From an uncultured Mycoplasmatota bacterium (lineage in GTDB: Bacteria > Bacillota_I > Bacilli_A > RF39 > UBA660), in assembly GCA_946488855.1 (NCBI GenBank), contig CAMLWC010000003.1:3349-67348 (forward strand): a stretch of 64,000 nucleotides of DNA, in the 5' to 3' direction. Position 1 is the stretch's first letter. Each line of letters begins with the position of its first letter. The translations under genes and the position numbers were made by a program. Positions 29,863 to 39,550 of this stretch are shown here, piece by piece. The notes beneath the pieces were generated by a model, which saw nothing but the letters and a program-made list of their open reading frames with translations, was not told where the DNA came from and made no database searches.

Positions 29863-29953
29863 AATTTAATATACAAATTTTAAGAATTTTAATATACATT
29901 TTTTAAGAATTTTAATATACGTTTTTTAAGAATTTTGATATGCAAATTTTAAA
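29863..29953. repeat. Four tandem ~23-bp direct repeats in the promoter region of the ATPase gene
   Basis: The four units are AATTTAATATACAAATTTTAAG, AATTTTAATATACATTTTTTAAG, AATTTTAATATACGTTTTTTAAG and AATTTTGATATGCAAATTTTAAA. They are contiguous with no spacers. Confidence 0.85.
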
Positions 29954-29975
29954 AAAACTGTTTTAAAAACAGTTT
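29948..29975 (-). terminator. Rho-independent terminator of the tsaEBD/rimI/cofE-like operon
   Basis: Perfect palindrome AAACTGTTT-taa-AAACAGTTT (29955-29975), followed on the minus strand by TTTTTTT. It overlaps the stop codon at 29974-29976. Confidence 0.65.
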
Positions 29976-31146
29976 ATTCATCAGCATAATTACTAAAATA
30001 TCTTTGTACTAAAACTACTGGTGTCCCTTTATCTCCAGAACCACTTGTTAAATCACAAAGGGAACCTAATAAATCAGTTATTTGTCTTGGCGTTGTACCT
30101 AAAGTTATATTTTGGCCTTTTAAATCTTTTTCTTTATTTCTTATTTCTTTCCTCATTGCTTCTTGTAATTCACTACCTCTTAAATCAGCAAATTTATTAT
30201 CAGATACATATTTTAATTTAATTTCATTAGGTGTTCCTTTTAAACCTTCAGTATAAAATGGAGAAACAACTGGATCAGCCAATTCCCAAATTTTACCTAC
30301 TGGATCTTTAAAAGCACCATCACCATATATCATAACTTCAACATTTTTATTTGTTTTTTCTTTTATCATTCTTTGAATATCTAAAACTAATTGTTCACTG
30401 TTATTAGGAAATAATTTTAATTTTTCATTTGTTGATTTATTAGAGCCCAATAATCCATACTTGCTATTAAATCCTGAACCATTTACTGATTCATTTAAAA
30501 TATCATCTAAACCTAAACAATTAAGCAATCTTTTTGTTTCAAATCTAGTATGAATATCACATGCTAAAGCTTCATCAACATAATTATATATAACTTTTGG
30601 ATCATTAGCAAAAACAAAATCAATTTCACAATTTTCACTTTCTACTAATTCTTTATAAAAATCTACATAATTAATTCCTGTAAATGTATGAACTTCATTT
30701 TTAAATAATTCATTATATTTTTCATATGATAATACATCAACATAAGGATTTATATCATATTCTCTTAAATATTTTTCATCAAATAAATGGTTACCTACTT
30801 CATCAGCAGGATAACTTAATAACATAGTTATTTTACTGCACCCACGAGCTATACCTTTTAATATCATTGAAAATCTATTTCTACTTAAAATAGGAAAAAC
30901 AATTCCAATATGATTAGATTTAAACTTTCTTTTAATATCAAAAGCAATATCATCAACTGTACAGTAATTACCTTGAGCAATACCAACTACTGCTTCAGTT
31001 ACTGCAATAACATCTTTATCTAGTATTTCAAAGTTTTCACTTACACTAGCATTCATAACTGAATCTACAACAATACTAGCTAAATCATCATTTTCTTTAA
31101 TAATAGGTGTTCTAATACCTCTTACAATAGTTCCAACATTTCTCAT
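29974..31146 (-). CDS. CofE-like (F420-0:gamma-glutamyl ligase family) protein
   Basis: The N-terminus [18 protein letters not shown]...[18 protein letters not shown] fits the gamma-glutamyl ligase family pattern as recalled. Its start overlaps the tsaD stop by 4 nt. Confidence 0.4.
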   Translation of the reverse strand: MRNVGTIVRGIRTPIIKENDDLASIVVDSVMNASVSENFEILDKDVIAVTEAVVGIAQGNYCTVDDIAFDIKRKFKSNHIGIVFPILSRNRFSMILKGIARGCSKITMLLSYPADEVGNHLFDEKYLREYDINPYVDVLSYEKYNELFKNEVHTFTGINYVDFYKELVESENCEIDFVFANDPKVIYNYVDEALACDIHTRFETKRLLNCLGLDDILNESVNGSGFNSKYGLLGSNKSTNEKLKLFPNNSEQLVLDIQRMIKEKTNKNVEVMIYGDGAFKDPVGKIWELADPVVSPFYTEGLKGTPNEIKLKYVSDNKFADLRGSELQEAMRKEIRNKEKDLKGQNITLGTTPRQITDLLGSLCDLTSGSGDKGTPVVLVQRYFSNYADE

Positions 31147-32147
31147 ATATTTTCTCCTAACTCACAATTAGCTTTAGCATTTAAATTTATATCACTAATT
31201 ATTCCTTTTTGATAAGCATAATAACCAGCAGCTCCAATCATTGCAGCATTATCAGTACAATATAAAATTGGAGGTACCGTTAATTTTATATTATTTTTAA
31301 TACATTCTTGTTCTAAAGAAGATCTAATTCCACTATTAGCAGCAACACCACCAGCTACAATTAAATTTTTAACATTATATTCTTTTAAAGCTTTCATTGT
31401 CTTTTTTGTTAATATTTCAACTACTTTATTTTGAAATGAACAAGCTAAATCTTCTTTTCTAATAGTATTTCCTTTTTGTAATTCATTATGATTCAAATTA
31501 ATAACAGCAGATTTTATACCACTAAAACTAAAATCATAAGAATCATCATTTAAAGGAAGTGGTAGTTTATAAGTATCATTACCTAATTTAGCCATTTTAT
31601 CAATGCTAGGACCACCTGGATAAGGAATATTTAATACTCTAGCTACTTTATCATAACATTCCCCAACTGCATCATCTAATGTTCCACCAATTCTTTTAAA
31701 AGAATAATCTTCTTCCATATATATTAATTCGGTATGACCACCACTAATAACTAAAGCAATTAATGGAAATTCTAATCTTTTAACTAAGTTATTAGCATAT
31801 ATATGTCCTGCTATATGATGAACAGGAATTAATGGCTTATTATAAATATAAGCCAATGTTTTAGCAGCTAATAGACCAACTAATAAAGAACCAATCAACC
31901 CTGGGCCATAAGTTACAGCAATAGCATCAATATCTTCAATCTTCACATTAGCTTTATTTAGTACTTCTTCTAAAACAATAGTTATACTTTCAACATGAGA
32001 ACGACTTGCTATTTCAGGAACTACTCCTCCATATAGTTTATGAATATCAATTTGAGACAATATAACAGTTCCTAAATCGATACTTCCATCCTTAATTACA
32101 CTCATACTTGTTTCATCACAAGATGATTCAATTGCTAAAATAGTCAT
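31143..32147 (-). CDS. tsaD: tRNA N6-adenosine threonylcarbamoyltransferase TsaD
   Basis: [21 protein letters not shown]-type motif ([10 protein letters not shown]), GGVAANS. Confidence 0.95.
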   Translation of the reverse strand: MTILAIESSCDETSMSVIKDGSIDLGTVILSQIDIHKLYGGVVPEIASRSHVESITIVLEEVLNKANVKIEDIDAIAVTYGPGLIGSLLVGLLAAKTLAYIYNKPLIPVHHIAGHIYANNLVKRLEFPLIALVISGGHTELIYMEEDYSFKRIGGTLDDAVGECYDKVARVLNIPYPGGPSIDKMAKLGNDTYKLPLPLNDDSYDFSFSGIKSAVINLNHNELQKGNTIRKEDLACSFQNKVVEILTKKTMKALKEYNVKNLIVAGGVAANSGIRSSLEQECIKNNIKLTVPPILYCTDNAAMIGAAGYYAYQKGIISDINLNAKANCELGENI

Positions 32148-32517
32148 TTTTCACCTCCATTAAATATCCATCTACTCCATCATAATATTTCTTTCTTATA
32201 CCTATAACTTTAAAACCTAATTTTTTATATAAATTAATTGCATTAATGTTATTTACATTAACTTCTAAAGTTATATTTTCAAAATCATAATTATTAATTA
32301 CATATTCTATTAAACTATAAGCAATATTTTTTCGTCTATATTCATTAATAACAAATATATAATTTATTTCTATTTTTTCATACATAACACTATAATCTAA
32401 AAAACCAACAATTTTATTATCAATATAATATCCTATTACTTTATTAAAAGAATTTAAAGTTATCTTATAATCACTTAAATTATTTAAATAAGTAATATCA
32501 TTAATTTCTTTTATCAT
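32128..32517 (-). CDS. rimI: Ribosomal-protein-alanine N-acetyltransferase (GNAT)
   Basis: GNAT motif A region [32 protein letters not shown]. It sits between tsaB and tsaD. Confidence 0.75.
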   Translation of the reverse strand: MIKEINDITYLNNLSDYKITLNSFNKVIGYYIDNKIVGFLDYSVMYEKIEINYIFVINEYRRKNIAYSLIEYVINNYDFENITLEVNVNNINAINLYKKLGFKVIGIRKKYYDGVDGYLMEVKNDYFSN

Positions 32518-33082
32518 CTAATCTTTCTTCTGCTTCAGTTCTTTTTAAATAATTAGGTTTTAAATCGTGTGGATTAATCGGATTATCAAATTCATGTTTT
32601 TTAATTATTTTAAGTAAATCAATGTTATCATAATTATCAATTACAGTATAGTTATTAGGATATTTTATATCACTTAATAAAATATGTTGATCATTTAAAC
32701 AACAATTTAAATCTTTATCATAAATTCCTGCATATACATATCCACGTCTAGCATCGATTAATGCAACATTATAATCAGCGTCTGTATTAGTGGTAGCTAA
32801 TAACTCTAATTCACTTAGACTAATAATTGGAATATTTAAACAAAATCCAATTGTTTTAGCTATTGTAACACCAACTCTAATACCAGTAAAAGAACCTGGA
32901 CCATTAACAACAAATATTTTATCAATAGTATTAATATCATTAACAGCATCTTTTAATACTTTCATAACCTTAGATGATGTATCGTTATTGTTTTTATCAA
33001 TAAAAAAATAATCAATTTTATTATTAATAATTGTACTTATAATTAAACAATTTGAACAAGTATCTATAAAAAGATATTTCAT
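32501..33082 (-). CDS. tsaB: tRNA threonylcarbamoyladenosine biosynthesis protein TsaB
   Basis: LFIDTCSN..., GPGSFTGIRVGVTIAK motif. Confidence 0.85.
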   Translation of the reverse strand: MKYLFIDTCSNCLIISTIINNKIDYFFIDKNNNDTSSKVMKVLKDAVNDINTIDKIFVVNGPGSFTGIRVGVTIAKTIGFCLNIPIISLSELELLATTNTDADYNVALIDARRGYVYAGIYDKDLNCCLNDQHILLSDIKYPNNYTVIDNYDNIDLLKIIKKHEFDNPINPHDLKPNYLKRTEAEERLDDKRN

Positions 33083-33528
33083 AACACAGCCTCACATAGT
33101 TCTTCATATTGTTTACCATAAGGAGTTATTACTAAAACCCTTTTATTTTCATCTAAAACCTTAAATTTAATTTCTAATCTTTCTTTAGGTAAAATATCTT
33201 TAATAGTATCAGCCCATTCAATTATAACTACTCCACCTTTAGTATAATATTCTTCAATATTAACTCCACTAGTATTACCATCTAATCTATAAACATCCAT
33301 ATGATAAAGAGGTAATTCACCATCATATTCTTTAATAATAGAAAAAGTTGGAGATGTAATATTATCTTTAATACCTAAAGCTTTAGCAAATCCTTTTGTA
33401 AATAAAGTTTTCCCACTTCCTAACTCACCATTTAAACAAATAATCATATTAGGAAACTTTTCAGATTCTAAATTTTGCGCCAATTCAATTGTATCATACT
33501 CATCTTTCATTGTAACTTTATATTCCAT
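33079..33528 (-). CDS. tsaE: tRNA threonylcarbamoyladenosine biosynthesis ATPase TsaE
   Basis: Walker A GELGSGKTLFTKG, SPTFSI, HMDVYRL. Confidence 0.9.
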   Translation of the reverse strand: MEYKVTMKDEYDTIELAQNLESEKFPNMIICLNGELGSGKTLFTKGFAKALGIKDNITSPTFSIIKEYDGELPLYHMDVYRLDGNTSGVNIEEYYTKGGVVIIEWADTIKDILPKERLEIKFKVLDENKRVLVITPYGKQYEELCEAVL

Positions 33529-33649
33529 TTATATCACCAATATTATTATATAAAATAAAATCAATTATTACAATATATTTTAGTCAATTTGACTTTTTTT
33601 TATTTTTGTAGTAATATTATAAACCATGTGTTTAAAAAGGAGGGTTTGT

Positions 33650-34447
33650 ATGACAAATAATATGTTAGAATTTAAAGATTTTTTAGATTATTTTCAAAAT
33701 GTCATAAGTTTAAAATCAAATGGAATTGTAAAAATAAAAATTTATTATAAGGATAATGCATTATTTATTGAATCTAATGAAGCTAATGGTAAAGCTGTTG
33801 ATTACTTTAATTGTTCAAAAAATATGTATGATAAAATTGTTGAATTATTACTTTCAAATTTTATTTTAGAAAACAAAATTATGGTAGCTTATAAAAATAA
33901 AAATCAATATACAATTAAAAGTGAAAAATTTGAAATCGCTGCTGATGTAACTGATGAAATGTTTAATGATTTATCAAAAAAAATATTTTCTAAACAAGAT
34001 AAACATAATTTTGAAGCAAAAAAAGAAATGAGCGAATTTGAAAAAATAAGTTCTTTCTATGCTGATTATAATATGTTTTTAAAAAGATGTTTAAAAAATG
34101 ATGGAAAAAATGATATATCTTTAAATTATAATAATGGTATATTTAGTATTATAATAACGAACAACGAACAAATTATTTTTAGTAAAAAAATTAATTGTAG
34201 TATTATTAAAGCAAATTATTTATTTAAAATTATTTGTGAAAACATTATTGATTCAAATAGTATCATTATTTCAAGTATAAATAAAATAACTGAAAATGCA
34301 AAATACATAAAAATTCAAACACCAAAATTCAATTTATCAATTCCTTATGCAAAAAATTTAGAAAAATTCCATATTGAAGCATTAAACAAAATGAATGAAT
34401 ACAATGTATCATTTGCTAATCAAAAAATAAAAAGTTCTACTCGTTAG
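33650..34447 (+). CDS. Hypothetical protein
   Basis: Start moved to MTNNMLEFKDF after an AAGGAGGG RBS. No recognisable motif. It converges on tyrS with an 11-nt overlap. Confidence 0.45.
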   Translation: MTNNMLEFKDFLDYFQNVISLKSNGIVKIKIYYKDNALFIESNEANGKAVDYFNCSKNMYDKIVELLLSNFILENKIMVAYKNKNQYTIKSEKFEIAADVTDEMFNDLSKKIFSKQDKHNFEAKKEMSEFEKISSFYADYNMFLKRCLKNDGKNDISLNYNNGIFSIIITNNEQIIFSKKINCSIIKANYLFKIICENIIDSNSIIISSINKITENAKYIKIQTPKFNLSIPYAKNLEKFHIEALNKMNEYNVSFANQKIKSSTR

Positions 34448-35669
34448 AACTTTTTTTTATACCTAAATAGTATTTTTTCTTTCCTTTTCTTAATACAATT
34501 ATCTCATCATCAATAGCCATATCTTTAGTTATTAATTTGTCTTCTAATATTTTTTCATCATTAATGCTAATAGCTCCATTATTAATAAATTCTCTTGCCT
34601 CTCTTTTTGAAGAACAAATACTATTATCAACTAATAAATCAACTAAATTTTTTTCTTCAAATTTAAAAGTTGGTACTCCTTTAAATCCTATCAATATTTC
34701 ATCTTTAGTTAATTTTTTAACATTGCCACTAAATAAAGATTCACTTATTCTAACAGCTTTTTCATATTCTTCATTTCCATGTAAAAATGTAATAACTTCT
34801 TTAGCTAAAGCCTTATGTGCTTCTCTTTTTTCAGGACAAGCTAAATGTTTTTTTTCTAATTCATTTATTTCATCAATCGATAAAAATGTTAATTTTTTTA
34901 AATATTCTATAACTTTACTATCTTCAGCATTTAAGAAAAATTGATACATTTCATAACTAGATGTTTTATTAATATCTAACCATATTGCATTTCCTTCTGA
35001 TTTACCAAATTTTGTTCCATCTGCTTTTGTAATTAATGGCATAGTTAAACCATATGCTTCTTTTCCTATTTTTTTTCTAATTAATTCTACTCCTGATGTA
35101 ATATTCCCCCATTGATCAGATCCACCTATTTGTAATGTACAACCTTTATTTTCATATAACCATAAAAAGTCTAAAGCTTGCATAATCATATATGAAAATT
35201 CAGTATATGTTATACCAATATCTAATCTACTTTTAACAGTTTCTTTATTTAACATATAATTTAAATTAAAATATTTACCATAGTCTCTTAAATAATCAAT
35301 AAAATTAATATCTTTTGACCAATCATAATTATTAACTACTTCAAAGCCAAATATTTTTTCAACTTGATTTCTTAATTTTTTATAATTATATTCTAATAAT
35401 TCTTTAGTTATCATAGGTCTTTCAGCGGTAGGTTTAGGATCACCTATTAAACCAGTTGCTCCTCCTACTAATAAAATTGGATTATGTCCACCTTTTTTTA
35501 ATCTTGTAGCCATTGAAAACGTTGAATAATGACCAATATGTAAACTATCTCCAGTTGGATCTGTTCCTATATAAAATGTTAATCCACCATTATTTATCTT
35601 TTCAATTAAACTTTCATCTGTAATATTTTCAATTAAACCTCTCCATACTAATTCATCATATAATTTCAT
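34437..35669 (-). CDS. tyrS: Tyrosyl-tRNA synthetase
   Basis: HIGH-type motif GDSLHIGH, KFGKS (KMSKS-type) motif, C-terminal S4 domain. Confidence 0.95.
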   Translation of the reverse strand: MKLYDELVWRGLIENITDESLIEKINNGGLTFYIGTDPTGDSLHIGHYSTFSMATRLKKGGHNPILLVGGATGLIGDPKPTAERPMITKELLEYNYKKLRNQVEKIFGFEVVNNYDWSKDINFIDYLRDYGKYFNLNYMLNKETVKSRLDIGITYTEFSYMIMQALDFLWLYENKGCTLQIGGSDQWGNITSGVELIRKKIGKEAYGLTMPLITKADGTKFGKSEGNAIWLDINKTSSYEMYQFFLNAEDSKVIEYLKKLTFLSIDEINELEKKHLACPEKREAHKALAKEVITFLHGNEEYEKAVRISESLFSGNVKKLTKDEILIGFKGVPTFKFEEKNLVDLLVDNSICSSKREAREFINNGAISINDEKILEDKLITKDMAIDDEIIVLRKGKKKYYLGIKKSSNE

Positions 35670-36151
35670 TTTTCATCTCTCCTATCTGTACTTCCAAATC
35701 CACCTTTTCTAATCTCAGTAACATTATCATCATCTGTAATCAAATATTTAATAAAGACTCCTTGGCAATATGCTTTATTTTTAGGAATAAAAATATCTTC
35801 ATTTCCCTCATTTTGAATTGATAACCACATATGTCCTTCATTAGATTCATTATTATAATAATCACTTTCAATTAATCCAACTTGATTAGTTAATCTTAAA
35901 TTATATTTAAATCCCAAACTACTTCTCATAATTAATAATAATGCTTCATCACTATTAAAGTTAGCTTTATAACCAGTTGGTATTTTAACTATTTCATTAG
36001 GTTTAATAACTATATCATCAATAGCAAAAAAATCATATCCTGCACTATTTTTAGTAGCTCTTTTAGGTAGCAAATAATTATTATATAAATTCAAATCATC
36101 TTTGATATCTTTTTTAAATTGTTCAAAACTTATTTTTTCAAAAAATCTCAT
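35666..36151 (-). CDS. dut: Trimeric-type dUTP diphosphatase
   Basis: SAGYDFFA, RSSLG, GLIESDYY, and the C-terminal GGFGSTD motif 5. Its stop overlaps the tyrS start by 4 nt. Confidence 0.85.
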   Translation of the reverse strand: MRFFEKISFEQFKKDIKDDLNLYNNYLLPKRATKNSAGYDFFAIDDIVIKPNEIVKIPTGYKANFNSDEALLLIMRSSLGFKYNLRLTNQVGLIESDYYNNESNEGHMWLSIQNEGNEDIFIPKNKAYCQGVFIKYLITDDDNVTEIRKGGFGSTDRRDEK

Positions 36152-36152
36152 T

Positions 36153-36632
36153 TCAATAACCTTCTTCTAATCTCTTTTCTTGCTTACTTATTTTTTTTAA
36201 ACAAGCATTATAAATTTCTTCTTCATTTAAATTTAATAATTTACCAATATAAATTAAATAATTAAAAATTTTAATTACATTTTCTTTATCTATGTTATCT
36301 ATTAATGAAGTAGATAATTTAAAGACATCATTTAAAGATATTAAAATATCATTGGAAAAATTGTAATTTTTAATCTTTATTTCTTTAACATTTAAATAAT
36401 TATAAAAATATAAACATATCATAATACAATCAGCTAATTCTTCTAATACATCATCTTTATTAATTGATTTTTTAGACCAATATTTAAAACATCTAGATTC
36501 GTTTGCAAATTCAGCTATCTCAACTATTAATTCAATACAGTTTTTTTCAAACATTTTATCATCGTTTTTAAATTTGTTATAAAATATTTCATCTAACAAT
36601 TTATTTCTAACATATATATCATTCCAATTCAT
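36153..36632 (-). CDS. Dimeric (all-alpha, dUTPase_2 family) dUTPase-like protein
   Basis: Start at MNWNDIY after a GGAGGTG RBS. Motifs ELIVEIAEFANESRCFKYWS, LEELADCIMICLYF and a C-terminal K..K.EKRLEEGY fit the dimeric dUTPase family pattern. Confidence 0.65.
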   Translation of the reverse strand: MNWNDIYVRNKLLDEIFYNKFKNDDKMFEKNCIELIVEIAEFANESRCFKYWSKKSINKDDVLEELADCIMICLYFYNYLNVKEIKIKNYNFSNDILISLNDVFKLSTSLIDNIDKENVIKIFNYLIYIGKLLNLNEEEIYNACLKKISKQEKRLEEGY

Positions 36633-36643
36633 AAACACCTCCA

Positions 36644-36845
36644 TAAAAAAATATTCATAGACTAAGGACGAACAAATTCCGCGGTACCACCTTAATTTAT
36701 GAATATATCATACACTTTAATTTATAACGCAATTACCCGTTTTAACTCCCAAAATGTAATTTATTATTTAATCTTGATTAGTTTTCATCAGCCACTAATT
36801 TTCTAAATTACCAATTAAATAACTATATTTTTGTTCTTCATTAAA
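36644..36845 (-). promoter_or_regulatory. T-box riboswitch leader, Tyr specifier (UAC)
   Basis: Minus-strand T-box sequence AATTAAGGTGGTACCGCGG (36697-36680). A specifier-like AAUUACAUU contains UAC followed by the conserved A. The distal element is AGTGGCTGATGAAAAC. A weak terminator helix and T-run end at ~36644, immediately before the RBS of the first gene. Confidence 0.8.
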
Positions 36846-36881
36846 TCTATAAATAATAATATCATATATTTAAAACAAATG

Positions 36882-37751
36882 TCAAACTATTATTCCATTA
36901 CTTTCTTTTATTAATACATTTAATTTATCAATTGTAAAATCATATGCTTCAATAACTTGTCTATTATTTTGTTTTCTACGCATTTTTTCTAGTATTTTTT
37001 CTTCTTTTATTATTTGAGCAACACTTAACAATCTAATTTGATTTATAAAAGTTAGTCTAACTAATTCACCAACATTACTATTCCACAAACCTTCTTTTCT
37101 TAACTTTGCAATATTTAAATATTTTCCATCATAAAATTGGTTTAAAACAATATTAGATATTTTATCTTTTGATTTAATTGGATTCCATCTGCCATCTATA
37201 ATTTGATGATAAATATCTAGTCGATCAACATCTTGTACTATCTGAGTTATTGTATCTATAACCTTTTGTTTTTCTTCTGTACTAGCAGTAGAAAAGAAAT
37301 CTAAAGCATCTTCATTTTTTAATAAATTTGAAGAAAGTATCAATAATTGTTTAGGATTAATAACTTTTGTAACATGATTATTAACTATTGATAATATTGG
37401 TCCATCAAAATTTCTAGTTATAGGTATTTGTGAATTAATTAAACCTGATTTTAAAACATAAGTACCTAATTCACCATGATTTTCAAAACAAAACTTATGC
37501 AATTCTATATCATTAAATGTTTTCGTAACACGAGCTTGCAAAAATCTGCCAACATCATGATTCATTAAAGCTATCTTTGTAAAATCTATAAACGATTCAT
37601 TAAAGTTTAATTTTTTAATAGTTTTTATTCCATCTATTACAACTTCATTAGTATGCATTCTTTTTTGTTCTATTAACTTACTAATATCACTTTCGTTAAA
37701 TGATGAAACATAATCATCAAAACACTTTCTTGCTGTTTGATAATATTCCAT
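36882..37751 (-). CDS. HD-domain phosphohydrolase (paralog of 4575-5318)
   Basis: MHTNEV...ALMNHDVGRFLQ...NHGELG...QDVDRLDIY has the same motif order as the HD protein upstream of valS. Confidence 0.65.
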   Translation of the reverse strand: MEYYQTARKCFDDYVSSFNESDISKLIEQKRMHTNEVVIDGIKTIKKLNFNESFIDFTKIALMNHDVGRFLQARVTKTFNDIELHKFCFENHGELGTYVLKSGLINSQIPITRNFDGPILSIVNNHVTKVINPKQLLILSSNLLKNEDALDFFSTASTEEKQKVIDTITQIVQDVDRLDIYHQIIDGRWNPIKSKDKISNIVLNQFYDGKYLNIAKLRKEGLWNSNVGELVRLTFINQIRLLSVAQIIKEEKILEKMRRKQNNRQVIEAYDFTIDKLNVLIKESNGIIV

Positions 37752-39062
37752 TTATTCCTCACCTTTATTTTTAAATTGCAAAATAATTGGAGTACCTTCG
37801 AAATCAAAAGATTCTCTTATTTTATTTTCTAAATATCTTTCATATGAAAAATGGATTAAACCTTTACTATTTACTTGAATATTAAATTTAGGTGGTTTAT
37901 TAGAAACTTGATTACAAAAATATATTTTTAATCTTTTACCTTTATAAGAAGGTGGTAAATTAAGATTATATGCATCTTTAATACAATCATTAATTAAATT
38001 AGTTGCTATCATTTTAGTACTATTTTTGTATACCTTAATTATTTCTGGCATTAATGTATGCATTCTTTTTTTAGTTAATGCAGACAAGAATACAATTGGT
38101 GCATATGGCATAAATTGAAAATTATTTCTAATATCTTTAATAAATTTTTTCATATTCTCATCTTTATCACTAATTGTATCCCATTTATTAACAACAATTA
38201 CTATTGGTTTTCCTGCTTCTATTGCATAACCAGCTATATGCTTATCATGCTCTATTATTCCAGTTTCAGCATCAATTACTAATAAACAAACATCAGATCT
38301 ATCAATCGCTTTCATACTTCTTAATAAACTATATTTTTCTACAGTTTCATATATTTTTCCTTTTTTTCTCATTCCTGCTGTATCGATAACAACAAACTTT
38401 TCATTATGATAAGTAAAAGGTGTATCAATTGCGTCTCTTGTTGTACCAGCTATATTGCTAACAATTACTCTTTCTTCATTTAAAATAGCATTAACTAAAC
38501 TACTTTTTCCAACATTTGGTCTTCCTATAACACTAAATTTTATTACATCAGCATCATCTTCTTCATATTCTTTAAAATCAGATGTTATTGCCAATAATAA
38601 TTCATATATTCCTTCATTTTGTTCTGAACTTATATTAATATAATTATCAAAACCTAATTCATAAAAATCATAAATATTATCCTTAGCTAATTTACTATCT
38701 ATCTTATTAATTGCTACAATAACTTTTTTTCCTGATTTTAAAAGCATTTCTTTTACTACTAAATCATTTTGTGTTATTCCTTCTTTAGCGTCAACAACAA
38801 AGACAATAATATCAGCTTCATTAATTGCTATTTCAGCTTGAGTTTTAATCTCTTCATTAAAATTTTCATCACCTATATCTATACCACCAGTATCAATTAA
38901 ATGAAAAGAGTATTTATCAAATTTTACATCACCATATATTCTATCACGAGTAATACCTGGTATATCCTCAATAATAGCTACTTTTGTTCCTACTAATCGA
39001 TTAAACAAAGTACTTTTCCCTACATTTGGTCTTCCAACTAAAGCAACAACCGGTTTTTTCAT
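37752..39062 (-). CDS. der: Ribosome-associated GTPase Der (EngA)
   Basis: Two GTPase domains (GRPNVGKSTLFN and GRPNVGKSSLVN) plus a KH-like C-terminus. Confidence 0.95.
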   Translation of the reverse strand: MKKPVVALVGRPNVGKSTLFNRLVGTKVAIIEDIPGITRDRIYGDVKFDKYSFHLIDTGGIDIGDENFNEEIKTQAEIAINEADIIVFVVDAKEGITQNDLVVKEMLLKSGKKVIVAINKIDSKLAKDNIYDFYELGFDNYINISSEQNEGIYELLLAITSDFKEYEEDDADVIKFSVIGRPNVGKSSLVNAILNEERVIVSNIAGTTRDAIDTPFTYHNEKFVVIDTAGMRKKGKIYETVEKYSLLRSMKAIDRSDVCLLVIDAETGIIEHDKHIAGYAIEAGKPIVIVVNKWDTISDKDENMKKFIKDIRNNFQFMPYAPIVFLSALTKKRMHTLMPEIIKVYKNSTKMIATNLINDCIKDAYNLNLPPSYKGKRLKIYFCNQVSNKPPKFNIQVNSKGLIHFSYERYLENKIRESFDFEGTPIILQFKNKGEE

Positions 39063-39517
39063 ATTTTCACCTTCTTACTAATTTTTAATATTTCTCTAAC
39101 ATTATCATCATATATAATTTTACTACATTCAATTATTTTGTTTAAAATACTTTGATCTATTATTTTAAAATACAATTTATTATTCAATTTATATATAATA
39201 GTTTTATCTAATATTTCTTTATTTATATATTCATAATCTATTTCATATAAAAATGTAGTTTTATTTATTTTTATTTCCATATCAATTTGATTAAAATAAT
39301 TATAATAATCTAAATCTTCATCTTCCATCTCAATTATACTACCATAATATTTATCTATATAAACATTAATATTATAATAACCATTAAGTTTTAAATTATA
39401 TTTATCTTTTATTTCAAAAAATAATTTTTTGAAATAATTTTCCAAATTTATTTTATCTAAATCTAATTTTTTATTTAAAAAAACAATAATTTTATTGTCT
39501 TTAAAAACTAATTTCAC
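39059..39517 (-). CDS. Hypothetical protein
   Basis: 152-aa ORF whose stop overlaps the der start by 4 nt. No recognisable motif. Confidence 0.45.
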   Translation of the reverse strand: MKLVFKDNKIIVFLNKKLDLDKINLENYFKKLFFEIKDKYNLKLNGYYNINVYIDKYYGSIIEMEDEDLDYYNYFNQIDMEIKINKTTFLYEIDYEYINKEILDKTIIYKLNNKLYFKIIDQSILNKIIECSKIIYDDNVREILKISKKVKI

Positions 39518-39550
39518 ACTATCACCTAAAATAGTGTATGAAATTAAATA

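Noticed and set aside
29863-29953. Possible CRISPR array
   Set aside because: The ~23-bp units are directly adjacent with no unique spacers. There are only four copies, and no cas genes are present in the window. The region is interpreted as promoter-region tandem repeats.
34537-34944. 135-aa + strand ORF inside tyrS. Similar long antisense ORFs occur at 3734-3994, 46349-46666, 51791-52162 and 61345-61620
   Set aside because: All lie fully inside well-supported minus-strand genes (tyrS, valS, rmuC, hydrolase, nusA/ylxR). They have the Ser/Leu/Phe-rich composition typical of antisense frames in AT-rich DNA and lack RBSs.
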